A stretch of 63,279 nucleotides of DNA, the filler included, from Octopus bimaculoides (taxonomy: Eukaryota): assembly GCF_001194135.2 (NCBI RefSeq). It is 4 parts of 4 records of this genome, joined end to end, with 100 filler letters (N's around TTAATTAATTAA, not from the genome) between each part and the next. Parts side by side here need not be neighbours in the genome. Positions count along the whole stretch, not along the records: positions 32,017 to 49,466 come from NC_068983.1; positions 49,567 to 63,279 come from NC_069007.1; 2 more parts are not named here. The stretch is one strand, 5' to 3'. A program made the translations under genes and the position numbers. A model generated the notes under the pieces. That model was not told the DNA's origin, ran no database searches, and saw only the letters and a program-made list of their open reading frames with translations. Numbering within the stretch: the first letter of the stretch is position 1; each line of letters starts with the position of its first letter. Shown here one piece after another: positions 49,176 to 63,279 of this stretch.

Positions 49176-49400
49176 TAGCCGTGAGCAGGTAGAATCGTTA
49201 GCACGTTGGACGAAATGCTCAACAGTATTTCGACCCTCGCTACGATCTGAGTTCACAATTCCATCGAGGTCGATTTTTGCCTTTCATCCTTTCGGGGTCG
49301 ATAAATTAAGTACCAGCGATATATTTAGGTCGATGTAATCGACTAGTTCCCTTTTGACAAATTTCAGGCCTTGTGCCTTTAATAGAAATCATTATTATTA
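49176..49400 (+). mobile_element. SINE family B, full length
   Basis: Head, body, CAGGCCTTGTGCCT and (TTA)n tail. Confidence 0.88.
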
Positions 49401-50689
49401 TGATTATTATTTTTTACAAAATTATCACTCGTCACTGCTTCTCCATTTATCTCATATGTATATATANNNNNNNNNNNNNNNNNNNNNNNNNNNNNNNNNN
49501 NNNNNNNNNNTTAATTAATTAANNNNNNNNNNNNNNNNNNNNNNNNNNNNNNNNNNNNNNNNNNNNATATATATATATATATATATAATTAAAACGTAGG
49601 GTAAAACATCATATATTAATTAATATGGATTTATTACCAGGAAGCTAGCACATTTAAAGAATCAGAGAGATTCAGAAAAAATATCTGCGATCTCGGGGGA
49701 TTAAAGTATATTTTTATATATATCGTTGACCACTAAAGTGGACATTTAATGTGCTAGAAATAGATGTGGTTTATTTCTAGCACATTAGATGCCCACTTAG
49801 GTTGTCAACGTTATATATAAATATATATATATTAATATTTATCGCCAAGCTAACATGGCAGTCCAGAGAAATTGGACGAATGCTGCCGTTGATTAGCTCC
49901 GAGAGGCCATCGCCTCTAGCTAGGTTTGTGACACACAAATCTGTGTCCATTAAAAGCCTGTTCGATTTTGCACTTGTAATGCTGTTAGTGATAATGTAGG
50001 TGGTGGTGGTGGTGGTGGTGGTGGTAGGTGAAGACGTTTCTTCTGGTGAAGTTGAGAGTGGTTTTGGTGGTTGTAATGCTAATGACACTTTAGATAAAAG
50101 ATGAATTCTTGCAGAAAGGCAAGGAGAGAGAGAGAGAGAGAGAGAGAGAAAGAAAGAAAAATGAGTTTTCTTAATGTTGACCTGCTTTTGAGAAAATGGC
50201 TGTTCTATAATTGTCTTCTTGCTGTACAAATCTGTGTTATGTGTCTACAAAAGATTTCGGGGGTGTGTATATGTGTGCGTAAAATATTTATTGTGCGTGT
50301 GTGTGTGTGTGAGTGTGTGTGTGTGTCTGGTGATGTATGTTCTCAGCCTCGTTGTGTATTTCTATGTAGGTTTGGTTGTGTTTGTTGCATGTACGTGCTT
50401 TTGTGTAGGTTAGTGGCGTTTCCTATGTGTATGTATTTGCGTACGTATACCTGTGTATTTGTGTGTGTCAGAGAAAGAGAGAGAGAGAGAGAGGGGGGGA
50501 CGAGAGAGAAAGAGAGAGAGAGTCTCTCCGTTTTGCTTGTGTGTGCGTCTCTGGTGCATATTTTGTGTTCTGAGATTTGAGCTCGCCTGCGTGTAGGATA
50601 AATACTTATGCATGTGTATGTATGTTCGCACGTGTCTGCTATAAATGTGTTCATTTTTAGGTGTGCGTGTATATTTGAATTAAATGTGC

Positions 50690-50731
<42 letters not shown>

Positions 50732-50939
50732 CTTGTATGAGTATATCTCCTTGTGTGTTACAGATGTGTGCTAATGTTTGGGTGTCACTATGTATAGACA
50801 CACACACACACATATATATATATATGGATACTTATCCATTGTGTATTTGAGCTGTGATCTAGTGGGTGAATCACAGTACGTATTTATTTGTATATGTGCC
50901 TATCGGTACGTATGCACATGTAATATGTATATACAAAAA

Positions 50940-50995
<56 letters not shown>

Positions 50996-50996
50996 T
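50940..50996. repeat. (GCGT)n microsatellite next to a large gap
   Basis: Direct reading. Confidence 0.95.
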
Positions 50997-52109
50997 NNNN
51001 NNNNNNNNNNNNNNNNNNNNNNNNNNNNNNNNNNNNNNNNNNNNNNNNNNNNNNNNNNNNNNNNNNNNNNNNNNNNNNNNNNNNNNNNNNNNNNNNNNNN
51101 NNNNNNNNNNNNNNNNNNNNNNNNNNNNNNNNNNNNNNNNNNNNNNNNNNNNNNNNNNNNNNNNNNNNNNNNNNNNNNNNNNNNNNNNNNNNNNNNNNNN
51201 NNNNNNNNNNNNNNNNNNNNNNNNNNNNNNNNNNNNNNNNNNNNNNNNNNNNNNNNNNNNNNNNNNNNNNNNNNNNNNNNNNNNNNNNNNNNNNNNNNNN
51301 NNNNNNNNNNNNNNNNNNNNNNNNNNNNNNNNNNNNNNNNNNNNNNNNNNNNNNNNNNNNNNNNNNNNNNNNNNNNNNNNNNNNNNNNNNNNNNNNNNNN
51401 NNNNNNNNNNNNNNNNNNNNNNNNNNNNNNNNNNNNNNNNNNNNNNNNNNNNNNNNNNNNNNNNNNNNNNNNNNNNNNNNNNNNNNNNNNNNNNNNNNNN
51501 NNNNNNNNNNNNNNNNNNNNNNNNNNNNNNNNNNNNNNNNNNNNNNNNNNNNNNNNNNNNNNNNNNNNNNNNNNNNNNNNNNNNNNNNNNNNNNNNNNNN
51601 NNNNNNNNNNNNNNNNNNNNNNNNNNNNNNNNNNNNNNNNNNNNNNNNNNNNNNNNNNNNNNNNNNNNNNNNNNNNNNNNNNNNNNNNNNNNNNNNNNNN
51701 NNNNNNNNNNNNNNNNNNNNNNNNNNNNNNNTGTGTGTGTGTGTGTGTGTACTCTTAATTTTCCCTGGCTTCCGCACTGTTACATTTCTTTCTTACCGTG
51801 GATTGTCTTGTTTCTTCAGTATCTTTTTTTGTTTTTTAACTTTATTCCGTTTTTCTTCTCTCTATTGATTAATGTTTTCCAGTTTTTAAATTTCATTATG
51901 TTCTATGTGTTTCTGTTTGTTTGTTTACTTGAGGTCGAGTTTACTTTTGATACAAGAATTATGAAATATCAGGTGGGAATTAAGCGGGTGAAGAGATAAA
52001 ATTATTTAGAAAACAGCTTAAAAAAATGAATAAGATATTTCTCGTTTTTTTTTTTATGGTTGTTAAATGTTGATGGCTTCGACTACTTTTAATATTTCAA
52101 ATATTCAAG

Positions 52110-52520
52110 TCGGTGAGTTGGCAAAATCGTTAGCACGTCGGATACAATGTGTAGCAGCATTTGATCCGTCTTTACATTCTAAGTAAATTGAGGTCGACTT
52201 TACCTTTCATCATTTTGGGTTCGATAAAATAAGTACCAGTTGAACAGTGACGTTGATGTAATCGACCGTCACCCTTCCTCGAAATTGCTGGCATTGTGCC
52301 AAATCTTGAAATCAATATTTGAAATGCTTAATGTGAGGAGCTGGCAGAACCTTTAGCACGCCGGACAAAATGCTTAACGGCATTTCGTCAGTCTTTACGA
52401 TCTGAGTTCAAATTCTGCCTGTCATTCATTGTTTCGGGGACGATAAAAATAAGCTCACGTCGGGCTCAATATAATCGACTTTAACTCTCCCCCGAAATTG
52501 CTGGCTTTATGCCAACATTT
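52110..52520 (+). mobile_element. Two tandem SINE family B copies (52110-52318 and 52332-52520)
   Basis: Two successive GGCA(A/G)AA...TTAGCACG heads each followed by body and GAAATTGCTGGC 3' motif. Confidence 0.8.
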
Positions 52521-54805
52521 GCAATCTATGTAAGTACAAGAAACCTCAGCACATGTAGGAGAGCCTCGGCAATAGCCTGTTGAATTTAGTTTCGGCACTT
52601 TACGTTCTAACAAAAAACTAACAAAAAAAAAAAAGCACTAACAAAAAACGAACTCCACTCAGTTCGCTTCCAAACCAGCCAAATGGATAAACCCTGAAGA
52701 AGCTGCTCAGAAAAATCGTGCCAATTTGCATCTGCACTAATCTGTGCATCTGAAAGCCGTGTAGGTCATAAAAACCATGGTAGTATGCTTTATAATATTG
52801 CAAAATATGAGGAAATAAATTTTGAGGATGAACAAGTTTCCCTGTTCTCCATCGTTCTAATTATTGCTAATATACACTCCAGATTATATTACCGTTCAGT
52901 GCAGCGAACACTGAATACCCATCCGAAGAATTTACAGAATGACTGACAGCTAAAACTTTTCATAGACGTTAAATACTGATCGATGTGGCTAGCCGTAACC
53001 TGGAACTTAACTGAGAGCCACCACAGTATCAGCCCGAATGATATGTCCCCGCCCAAATCTCTCTCTCTCTCTCGCGCGCGCGAACACACACACACACACA
53101 CGTACAAGGATATGGGTATAACCCAGGCGATTACCCCATCGGTATTTCATGGATAAACAACGTGGGTATCGTAGTATTGTATACTACCGAAGGAAGCTTA
53201 GTTGTATTTCAGTTAATTACACAAGGAGTAGAGCACCAATTCAATATATATATCCAGTAGCTATGGATATATGGAGCAAATAATAATAATTTTAATGAAG
53301 GTAAAGAGAACGTAAACCAATGTTACGTACTTCTCCGTGAACGAACGTTGTTTATTTCATAATAAAAGACAAGTTATAGATTACAGGTAACAACATTCGC
53401 GTTCATTCACATTGTCAAGCATTTTAATATGATTCACAGTCAGCTTCTGAAATACAACCTCGAAGCAGGATATACTTTCCACTGTAACATGGATGAGTCA
53501 ACAAGATACAACTAGCCCCAAATACACGTAAGTCTTTATTCTATCAGCCACCGAGAATGTAATCTATCACGTTAATCAAAATGAAAGTAAAATCTGTTAA
53601 CTTCCACCAACGGTTCAAACTTTGTTCTGCACATCAGCAGTTCAGGCAGTGGGACGATTTGTTTGGCGTCATTTCTTCATTAGCAGGCAAAACTAGACAG
53701 GGTCGAAGGCGATTATAACAGCGTTAAAACAAATAAAGAGTGAGGTAATGTACATCAACCACCAACTTATTTCGTACACCAACTGCTTCACCTCTCCTCT
53801 TACCCCCTTCTTTCTTTCCACCTCTCTCTCTTGTATGATTTATGAATTTCAAGAGGTTGGTCTACAGAAGCGACAGTAATATTGATTTGACTCCACGTTT
53901 ATTCTATTAATGTGTGTGTTTGAATGTATGTATATATGAATGAATTAATTGAATAAAAGTGAACAAAATTTATATATACAATATATATATATATATATAT
54001 ATATATACACGCACACAAACAAAGATATAAATGTATGTATGCATCTATGTACCTCTCTCTGCCTAAACGTATGCTTGTGTGTATGCATATAAAATTGGAA
54101 AGCAAAAAACAAAGACATTGTTGGCTGAGACGAAGCAGTGAAGTGTTTATAATTTAAATATGTCTTGAAAAATGCGTAAATCTGTTGTGTGTTATTGCGA
54201 AAATAACATGATCTCGTTGTGATAAGAACGAAGATAATAAAATATGCAATCAGCAAGAGAGAAAAATGAATATGTTTAGCAAACAATAGGGATTAAAGAT
54301 TATTTGTTCAGACTATAATTCCTGTTTTATTTTCATGCAAGGAATATAAAAAAATATTTTTGTTTTATTCTCATTTTTTTTCAATTGTTGATCAACACAA
54401 TATCATCTTCAGATTATTTGTCAAACATAAAATTTATTAAATTCATATCAAATTTTGCAATATCTTTAAAGGAAGAAAACCAAATATATTTTAAAGATTT
54501 ACTGACACACCAATAGTAAATTATACAATTACTACAACTATTAATAATAATAGTAATAACAATAATAATAATTTTATGATTCATTGCGACCATGAGATAG
54601 AGAATAGGAAGCCAGACATAAATCTTAATTGAGAAAGAAAACAAGCTATGTTGGATCATAGACATAGCATGCCCAGCTGACAACAAGGTATGCGATAAGG
54701 GAGAAAGAAAAGTTGAGAGATATGACAGGTTAGCTTGGGAAGGTAAGCAGTTGTGGTCGATGCAAAAGGTAGCAGTAATACCAATAATTGTAGGAGCTTT
54801 CGGTT

Positions 54806-55028
54806 GTGAAGCGATGTTGGGTGGACAAACACAGACACACAAACATACACACACACATACATATATACGACAGGCTTCTTTCAGTTTCCGTCTACCAAAT
54901 CCACTCACAAAACTTTGGTCGGCCCGAGGCTATAGAAGACACTTGCCCAATGTTCCACGCAGTGGGTCTGAATCCGGAACTATGTGGTTCGTAAGCAAGC
55001 TACTTACCACACACCCACTCCTACGCCT
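54806..55028 (-). mobile_element. SINE family A, 3'-truncated
   Basis: Reverse complement of the head and core, ending AGGCGTAGGAGTGGG. Confidence 0.85.
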
Positions 55029-55705
55029 ATTTTACTTTGTGTGTGTGTGTATATATATANNNNNNNNNNNNNNNNNNNNNNNNNNNNNNNNNNNNNNNNN
55101 NNNNNNNNNNNNNNNNNNNNNNNNNNNNNNNNNNNNNNNNNNNNNNNNNNNNNNNNNNNNNNNNNNNNNNNNNNNNNNNNNNNNNNNNNNNNNNNNNNNN
55201 NNNNNNNNNNNNNNNNNNNNNNNNNNNNNNNNNNNNNNNNNNNNNNNNNNNNNNNNNNNNNNNNNNNNNNNNNNNNNNNNNNNNNNNNNNNNNNNNNNNN
55301 NNNNNNNNNNNNNNNNNNNNNNNNNNNNNNNNNNNNNNNNNNNNNNNNNNNNNNNNNNNNNNNNNNNNNNNNNNNNNNNNNNNNNNNNNNNNNNNNNNNN
55401 NNNNNNNNNNNNNNNNNNNNNNNNNNNNNNNNNNNNNNNNNNNNNNNNNNNNNNNNNNNNNNNNNNNNNNNNNNNNNNNNNNNNNNNNNNNNNNNNNNNN
55501 NNNNNNNNNNNNNNNNNNNNNNNNNNNNNNNNNNNNNNNNNNNNNNNNNNNNNNNNNNNNNNNNNNNNNNNNNNNNNNNNNNNNNNNNNNNNNNNNNNNN
55601 NNNNNNNNNNNNNNNNNNNNNNNNNNNNNNNNNNNNNNNNNNNNNNNNNNNNNNNNNNNNNNNNNNNNNNNNNNNNNNNNNNNNNNNNNNNNNNNNNNNN
55701 NNNNN

Positions 55706-55758
<53 letters not shown>

Positions 55759-56162
55759 ACATACCTGAAGGAAGAAGTTCACACATACATAAGCACACGC
55801 ACACAAGTATAAACGCATGCAAGCACATATATTCACATGAAGAAATTCAGAGAAACACAAACTGTATTTCATTCAGACCCGGCATTTTTAACACCCAAGT
55901 CCACTTTATTTTCAATTTTACGAGATCGATAAAATTATATCAGATGAAGAGCTGGGATCGATATATAACACACACACACACATAATTACAGCCAGTGCCC
56001 CAGCATGTCCGTAGTCTAATAACTACAACACCTATATATATATGATTAGGACTGAATTATTTGAAGATGGGAAGGTGCAATATTTTATAAAATTTCGTTT
56101 TATAAAACCACCTTTCTTAAAAGCCTATAATTTGATAGTCTGGAATGGAAACGGCTCGGCAC

Positions 56163-56205
<43 letters not shown>
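56163..56205. repeat. (TAA)n microsatellite
   Basis: Direct reading. Confidence 0.95.
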
Positions 56206-56207
<2 letters not shown>

Positions 56208-58241
56208 TAATAATTATTATTATTGCTATTTTTTCTCTAGTAATTGATGAAATATTTTTCGTAGTTGTCTTTTTTATAGTTTTTCTTTTCTTTTTTATAA
56301 ATCTTGCCCATAATTCCCTGTCTCTATAATTTCCTATTCTATTTCTTCTTCGAAATTTCCCTTCTACACCATTCGTCTCCATTTCCATAAATACCGCAAA
56401 TTTCCATGTTAAATACCATGTTTTTCGTTTGTTGTTGCTGTTTTTCATTAATTTAACATTTTATATGACTATTGCCGTTGCTACTACTACGACTGCTACG
56501 ATTACCGCTACTACCGTGACTACTACAACCACCATCACTACTACTACTACCTCCACTGCAACCACTACCACAACTACAATCATCCTCATCATCTTTATAA
56601 TAGAAATTTCCAATTCATTCCTGACCTTACATTTTTTCAGAATTTTAAATAAAAACCATGGCAACGATAATATTTTCAAATAGATCGAACGCCAAGACCG
56701 AATTTTAAATTAAATTTTCTAATATAGTTTGATTTTATGTACATGCATAATTTTAGTGTTTCTTTGGCTTTTCGAATTGTCATTTTTTTTTCTTAATTCT
56801 CATTCAAAAATTTCCTTTCAAAACAGAAACGATTTAAAAGTCCTTGAAGAAAAAAAGTCCACACACTAATGCTATTTAAGTAATTACTTTTAATTTAAAA
56901 GAAAAAGAATTAAGACGTAGTTTTATATTTATTTTCATTCCTTTGTTGTTGATAATGTTATTTTAGTGATTAGCTTCGATATTAATTATTTTTTGAAGTT
57001 TTATAGGAAACAACAGCAATTTACGATGTCAGTCTTAAAAGATGTTCAAGCTATCTCCCCCTACTTGGTCTTAGTTGAACGAGTCGCAGCTGTTTTAAGG
57101 TGAACATCAGATGAGCCACAGGGCGCATGCGAGTTACTGAGTAGTTTGCTGGCATCCAAGAATCTCTCCTTAAGACGTTTTCGAATTTGATACATTTGTA
57201 GGACTTTCAGCAGATTTTGTTTACTTGAAAGTTGTTTATGATGCAAAGTGATTGCTTTTCATTTATGTACAGTGATGTAAGTAGGAGATACAAACGGGTA
57301 CATTTATTTGTAAGCAAAATATATGTTCCCGGCAATGAGCGAACGTAAACAAATGCAAATTACAAAATGAAGTCGTTGATCTTCGATATACAGTCACTCG
57401 ATTGGATTATAACAGCAAAAAGATAAGGCAAACGCTTGCCTCCCACTTTAGGGCCAGAACATTCTTCATTGTGTACATATAAGAATAAAAACCATGAGCT
57501 GTTTAAAACGTTTATGTAAGACTCTAAACTGAAATGTTGCTACCACATCTAGAATGATCAATCTGCTAACGGTACATATACGGTGGAACAAATAATGAAG
57601 ATCACGTGACTGACAAATGTGCTGCCAGTCACAAACAAACACATCAGTTTCTGGTTCAAAGCTGGGCTGCTTCTTCGCACGGTCTTTCAGTGCCTTCTAC
57701 TACTTCAAGATGACTTATCACGTGCCACCACTATACATGCACACATAATTCTTATTTTCTCCTCTTTTCCCCATATCAGAAGCTTGCATTCCGCTAGCAG
57801 GGTGCTCAGTACATTTGCAGCATACAAGCCAGTGCATCTCAACATGAACAGGGCCCTGTGATAGTCACACTTACAGCTACCGCAAGTATATTTTCCCCAG
57901 TATTCCGACTCCAATGAAATCCCTTCTTGAACACGTTCTTTTCAGTAACCGTGGGTCTAAGACTATTCGTAAGGAACTTTAGATTTGGTGACTCACTGGT
58001 GTTGGAGGACCTTACAGAGATGGATACAAACAATTTCTCCAAATTGAAATACCAATATAGAAAGCTCAATTGCTTGAAAAGACACATGGAAAACAAGGCA
58101 CAGAAAATAATATTGGGATTTGGATAAAAACGAGCGAAATATTATTTACATGAAGTTAAACAACAACAAAACTAAGTAGAAAGTATCTTGGTGGTAGGAA
58201 GTACAGAAGAGAAACATCAGGACGAGAAATCTTGGGACGCA

Positions 58242-58276
<35 letters not shown>

Positions 58277-58362
58277 GGTAACTACTTTGCTACAGAGTAA
58301 ACATTGCTTACACACACAAAAACAGTTGCTTTTGTGTCACATTTAAAAAAAATGTACATACA

Positions 58363-58466
<104 letters not shown>

Positions 58467-58910
58467 AAGAGATGGTATTATAAAAAATACCATCACGTGT
58501 GGCAAGCGAGTTATGAGCCGTACAGGCAAATTAATGAAATATATACATACAACACAAGGTCAGCACGAGCAATACTGGTTGGGCAAGTTGACCAGTATTG
58601 CTTGTGGTGACCTAGCAGAGGTAAGACGTTTTCTATGTTTACTGGAATTTTTATTACCATGCCTGTACTAGAACTGTCATTTTTTTTTGTGGTACAGAAG
58701 TATTTTTGACTTCTGGGGCGTATGAATTATCCCCCAACCCCAACACACCGGATGGGTCAACGGTGTGTTGTAGGGTTATTAATTTTTGACAGCTGAGTGG
58801 ACTTGACCAAACATTAAGGAAATGTTTTGCAAAAGAACGGTCCAAATGTGGAAGAGGCAATCTTATATAATGAATATAACATTCAATCCATTAACCGAAA
58901 CGCATCCATA

Positions 58911-59301
58911 CGAGGAGGTAATCAAGAGTTCACGAAATAGGTCTGTAGCGCGCTAACCGTTCGCAGTACTCGGTTACGTGCGCAATGAGAGCTAGCAGTT
59001 ACATTTATGAGACAGTGTGCCGAGGGAAGAAGAGGCTTAAAGATCAGTCAACAGAATTTTATNNNNNNNNNNTGCCGAGGGAAGAAGAGGCTTAAAGATC
59101 AGTCAACAGAATTTTATGGAGCAGGGATACATGCTCTCATTCGAAGGTGGAACATTGCTATTGAGAGAAACGATGACTATGTTGAGAAATAGAGATGTGA
59201 TCCACAGAGGACCAGCTTCAGTTTGATGTATGATACATGTTCCTGTGTTGGTAATTATACCTGTCCCAAACAAAATGGCATTACTCTTTGACTCACCCGC
59301 G
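58911..59301 (+). mobile_element. Internally deleted mariner element with both TIRs and TA duplication
   Basis: TA|CGAGG...CCCGCG|TA ends; C-terminus LKDQSTEFYGAGIHALIRRWNIAIERNDDYVEK*. Confidence 0.8.
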
Positions 59302-60534
59302 TATTTATATCTGGGTGTATGTGTGTGTGTGTGCGCGCGCGTATAATAAATCCCATCTTCCAGACTGCTGTTAGAAGTCGCTGGTTAATTCGACACAATT
59401 CAAGTACGCGCATGCCCAAAGCGTCTCGTTCTGAGTAGCGATCGACAACATGGTTGCCGAGTGCACTGCTCTGAAGCCAATCTGCTGAGTATTATCTTGC
59501 TATTTCTTCACTCTCGATATCCTCCCCATTTTCTCGTATACCCTTAATAGGTTTTCTAAACAACTTACTCTTCTGCATATTCTCACACACACACACACAC
59601 ATGCTGCGCGCGCACGAAGGCACGCTTTATTTCTTTCGATCTTGTATTAATTTCTTTTTACTTATTCTCTCTACCATTTCAATTTTCTTTCACATCCTTT
59701 TATCTCACATTTTTATTCCTTTCCTACCCTCATTTTATTTCTCTCCCTCGGTGATACATATCTACATATATACCTATCTACAAACATACATCCATATAAA
59801 TATATTCATGATGTCGCTATTTCTATCCTTTTACCAGCTTCCCATTTTTTGAGGTCTCCACTGCCTCTCTCGCTCTCTCTCTCTCTAATTATATATTTAT
59901 CTGTCTTCCTAACCTTCTCACTGTCATATTATCTGCCTCTGTCTCTCATTTTCTCTCTCTCCCTTTCTCTGTCCCTCTCTCCTTTCCCTCGTGTAAATCT
60001 AATTTTCCATCGATCACCCATAATGTTGCATAAAAAGAACAAAAGAAAGAAAGAACTAAACACCGAGGGGAAAAAAAAATTGAAACACAATAACAAGCGA
60101 GGAAAGATAAAGCAACAGTGAAGCAAAAATGGAAGAACGCAGCAACAACAACGGCTAGAAAAATCTTTAGAAACACAATAGCTACAAATATAAAAAATAT
60201 AAAATGGCAGAATTTTAGTGAACATTGAAAAGACATTTGTAAAAATAAGAAAGGGAAAAAAAATATCCCTGAACCTTGCCTCACTTTTGCTCTCGTTTGG
60301 GACTGATTATAACATCTTCAGTTGCCGGAGGGGGGTCAATGCTTTTCTTTTTTACTTTTTTTGTTTTCGTTTGGTTTATTTGAGTTTTTTTTTTTAATAT
60401 ATTTCCATCTTTATGGCGATCAGCAATCACATGTTAATATAATCAGATCAAAAACAATATTTTAACTCTTCTGTCAAATGTTCAGAATCCTCATGCTTTT
60501 TTTTTCATTCTTCCTCTAGTAATTTACATTTTAT

Positions 60535-60604
60535 CATCATCATCATCATCCTCACCACCATCATCATCATCGTCACCATCATCATCATCACCATCATCAT
60601 CATC
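60535..60604. repeat. (CAT)n/(CAC)n microsatellite
   Basis: Direct reading. Confidence 0.9.
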
Positions 60605-63279
60605 TGCATTAGTGCTTGTATTTGCCGTATGACTTTCGCAATAGTTCTTTTATTATGTAGTTTTAGTTATGGCTTTTTCCTTGTGATGTTGATTGTACAT
60701 GCTTTTTTTTCCCACCGTGTTTTCGGTATAATTTTTATTTGTTTCTGGATTATTTTTTTGCAAATTTTGTAACGGTTATATTTGCAGTTTTGCTGGGTTT
60801 GGCAAGGGTTGTGTACGTATGGTTTTCGTTACAGCTGTAGTTCTGATTGTTTTTTTATGATAGTTACGGTTTCCTTTTTCATTACAACTATGGTTATGTT
60901 TTTCAATTTATGTGAGAGTTTTTTCTTTTATTCTTTATGATTTTCGTTATCGTTTGGTCTTTTATCTTCTTTATTTTCGTTCATTTAATTTATTTGCTTT
61001 ATGAAATAATCTTGTTTTTCATTTTTGCTCCTTTCGTTTTCGGTTCGTATGGATATTTCAAAATACGATCACACCAGCTCAATGCTACAATGCCATGGTT
61101 ACTGACATTACGGTTTTGATATATATATTTCTTTATATTTATATATATTTTTAGAATATTATTGAATTGTTAAAAATGTTGAGATAATCTGCTCCCGAGG
61201 AGAGGAAATCTGAGTGTTCGCAACAACATTTATTACAACAAGGATAATAACTATAAAATACAGCTACAAAAATTAGCAACAACGACATACATAACAAAAA
61301 GAACAACAAAAAAGAGTCACATTATTTTACAACTACACGAGTACAGCAGCCATAATAACAACAAGTATAACAAAGATGATTAACATTCTCTATAACATCA
61401 ACAATCAGAACAGCAACAAAACTAATACCATTCTTTACATGAACAATAGAAATAACAAAATGAACAACAATATCCATCAAGTAGAGAAAACTGGCACCAA
61501 TTCTTCACAACATTACTATGATTTTATGGAAAATATTGAAAAAAAAGGAATAACCGAAATAAAAAAAAAATATGTCAGTTACTCAACGAAAAAATGATTG
61601 TAACGATTTACACCTCTCAGTCGCAATATAACATTCATATTTTGACAGAGGTTAATTAAAATGAAACATTACTAACTGTAATTAGTGGGGACTTCCAGGA
61701 TTGTGAAGATTGGTAGCAATGAATTATGAGAAGAATATTTTCCAAATATATGCTGACGTTAGAGCGTCTGACAGATCACCGTGCAGCAATGTTTTCAGCG
61801 CTTTGTGATTCGAGATCGATGCTGCTTTACGTATTTCTAGGACCAATATTCAAAGTAGCTGTCATATATTGGGGTGAGGTACGTTGTCTTTTCTGTGTGT
61901 CTGCCTATTTCCCTCTCTCAATCGTTGATTTTTAAACTCAACATTCTGCGTAATTGAGAGCCTTCTGTATCTATTTGTACCCATTTGATGGAAATCTGAA
62001 AAGCCATTCCATTAGGTACGAAATGAATTTAGAAACTTAAGCAAGAACGCTGGATGCTACAGGTATAAACTTCACTGATTAGACAATTAGACAGATACAA
62101 TTATAAGAATAATTATATTGGATTATAATTGTTTCGAATTTTGTGACGCAATTTTAGGCATAGTTGAGTCAAGCAAGATTTGAGCTCACAACGTAAAGGC
62201 CCTTGAGTAACACTTGAGCATTTAGTCCAACGCTCTAATGATTCTAACTGTTCTCTGCCTCAGTGATATATCATGTGATCACGTGGTGATAGACCAGACT
62301 ATAGGATGCTATTATACAGTGTTGGTCACAATCGTCGCATCTTTCGAATGTTGCACCCGACTAACTACAAGAAGTAGCCACAATGATATATAATAAAAAA
62401 TAATTCTACTTTTGGAATAGAGAAGCAATTTTGATGGAAAAGGGAATGAAAGATATGTTATTTTAACAACCCTGATAGGATGAAATGCAATTACAACCTC
62501 TGGAGAATTTAAATTCAGAATTTAAACTGTTAGAAGAAGTCCGCTAACTATTTCGTTCGGTTCGCTAATGGTTCTGAGAAAACAATAGACAGTGCAAGAT
62601 GGTGATGCTATCAGCCAAATCTCCAGTCATACACTATTTTTCGAGAGTCCAACAGTAGTCGTGAATAAGGGGGATATTTAAAGAAGTGAGGACTCAATTT
62701 CGCTGCAGGTTATAAAAGGTAGATTCAATCTCAAAATTTTCTATCCACTGTGATTATCCATGCAATTGGCGGAATATTAAGGAAAAAAAACAACAAAAGG
62801 GAGATAAACTCAATAATGTCAACCAATTAGAATTACTTCGTAAAAAATAAAATCAATAAAAAGTTGTATTCTTCAACCTAATTTCCAGTTATCGTTTATT
62901 GAAAAAGATCCCTTTGCTAAAACTGTTAACACTATCTTAACTAATGCCTTTTCCAGCGAAAGGCGTCTCTGCAAAAGCTATTCTTTAAGAAAACACATAG
63001 TTTTGAAACTCATTTTCTAAATTGAAGTAAAATGAATTACCAGAAGGCAAAAGAAGAGGAGGCTCGTTTTAGACATTGCCATTCCAATACCTTACAATAA
63101 AGTTCTGCAAGACGTTCGATGGAAGACAAAAAGTACAAAAGGGAAAGTAAATCCTCAAAATTAAAAGACAAAAATAAAATTACATAGGAATGCTTTTAAA
63201 TAAGATTAACTGTAACTTATACAAACATTTGCTTGCGTATTGTGTTTTACGGTGTGGTAAATTATATATATATATATAT

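Noticed and set aside
52650-52790. KWINPEEAAQKNRANLH...LCI resembling mariner W..PGE...LH.KK.MLC.WW
   Set aside because: Too short and degenerate to call; no TIR found.
53440-53535. Exon-like segment with CAG acceptor and strong GTAAGT donor
   Set aside because: All three frames contain stops; could only be non-coding and has no further support.
59017-59117. 45-bp direct duplication in the mariner element (similar case at 21227-21345)
   Set aside because: Identical copies either side of a 10-N gap indicate unmerged contig overlap.

Overview
Eukaryotic, AT-rich, microsatellite-dense and gap-rich DNA with no recognisable host protein-coding gene. The SINE families and (TA)n/(CA)n/(GATA)n load resemble an octopus (coleoid cephalopod) intergenic or large-intron region; that assignment is inference from recalled repeat families, not a database result. 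Nearly every long ORF in the supplied track is an artefact of N-gaps or microsatellites. The real coding remnants all belong to mobile elements: two L1/Tx1 fragments, an R4/Dong-like fragment, CR1 5' and 3' parts, a 5'-truncated RTE with a PHD-like insertion, a Penelope-like GIY-YIG fragment, a decayed Helitron helicase and several Tc1/mariner relics. There are also at least three tRNA-derived SINE families and several MITE or palindromic elements. Three observations stand out. (1) A short retroposon family appears twice, with a tRNA-like Pol III head visible in one copy and an apparently intact Penelope-type minimal hammerhead ribozyme in the other. (2) Two Tx1 copies both have their 5' junction in (TATC)n, suggesting a microsatellite-targeting family, and a Dong-like element sits in (TAA)n. 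(3) Several near-perfect fold-back palindromes occur, one centred on what looks like a hammerhead stem II. Three 100-bp gaps carry a synthetic TTAATTAATTAA linker, so order and orientation across them are uncertain.
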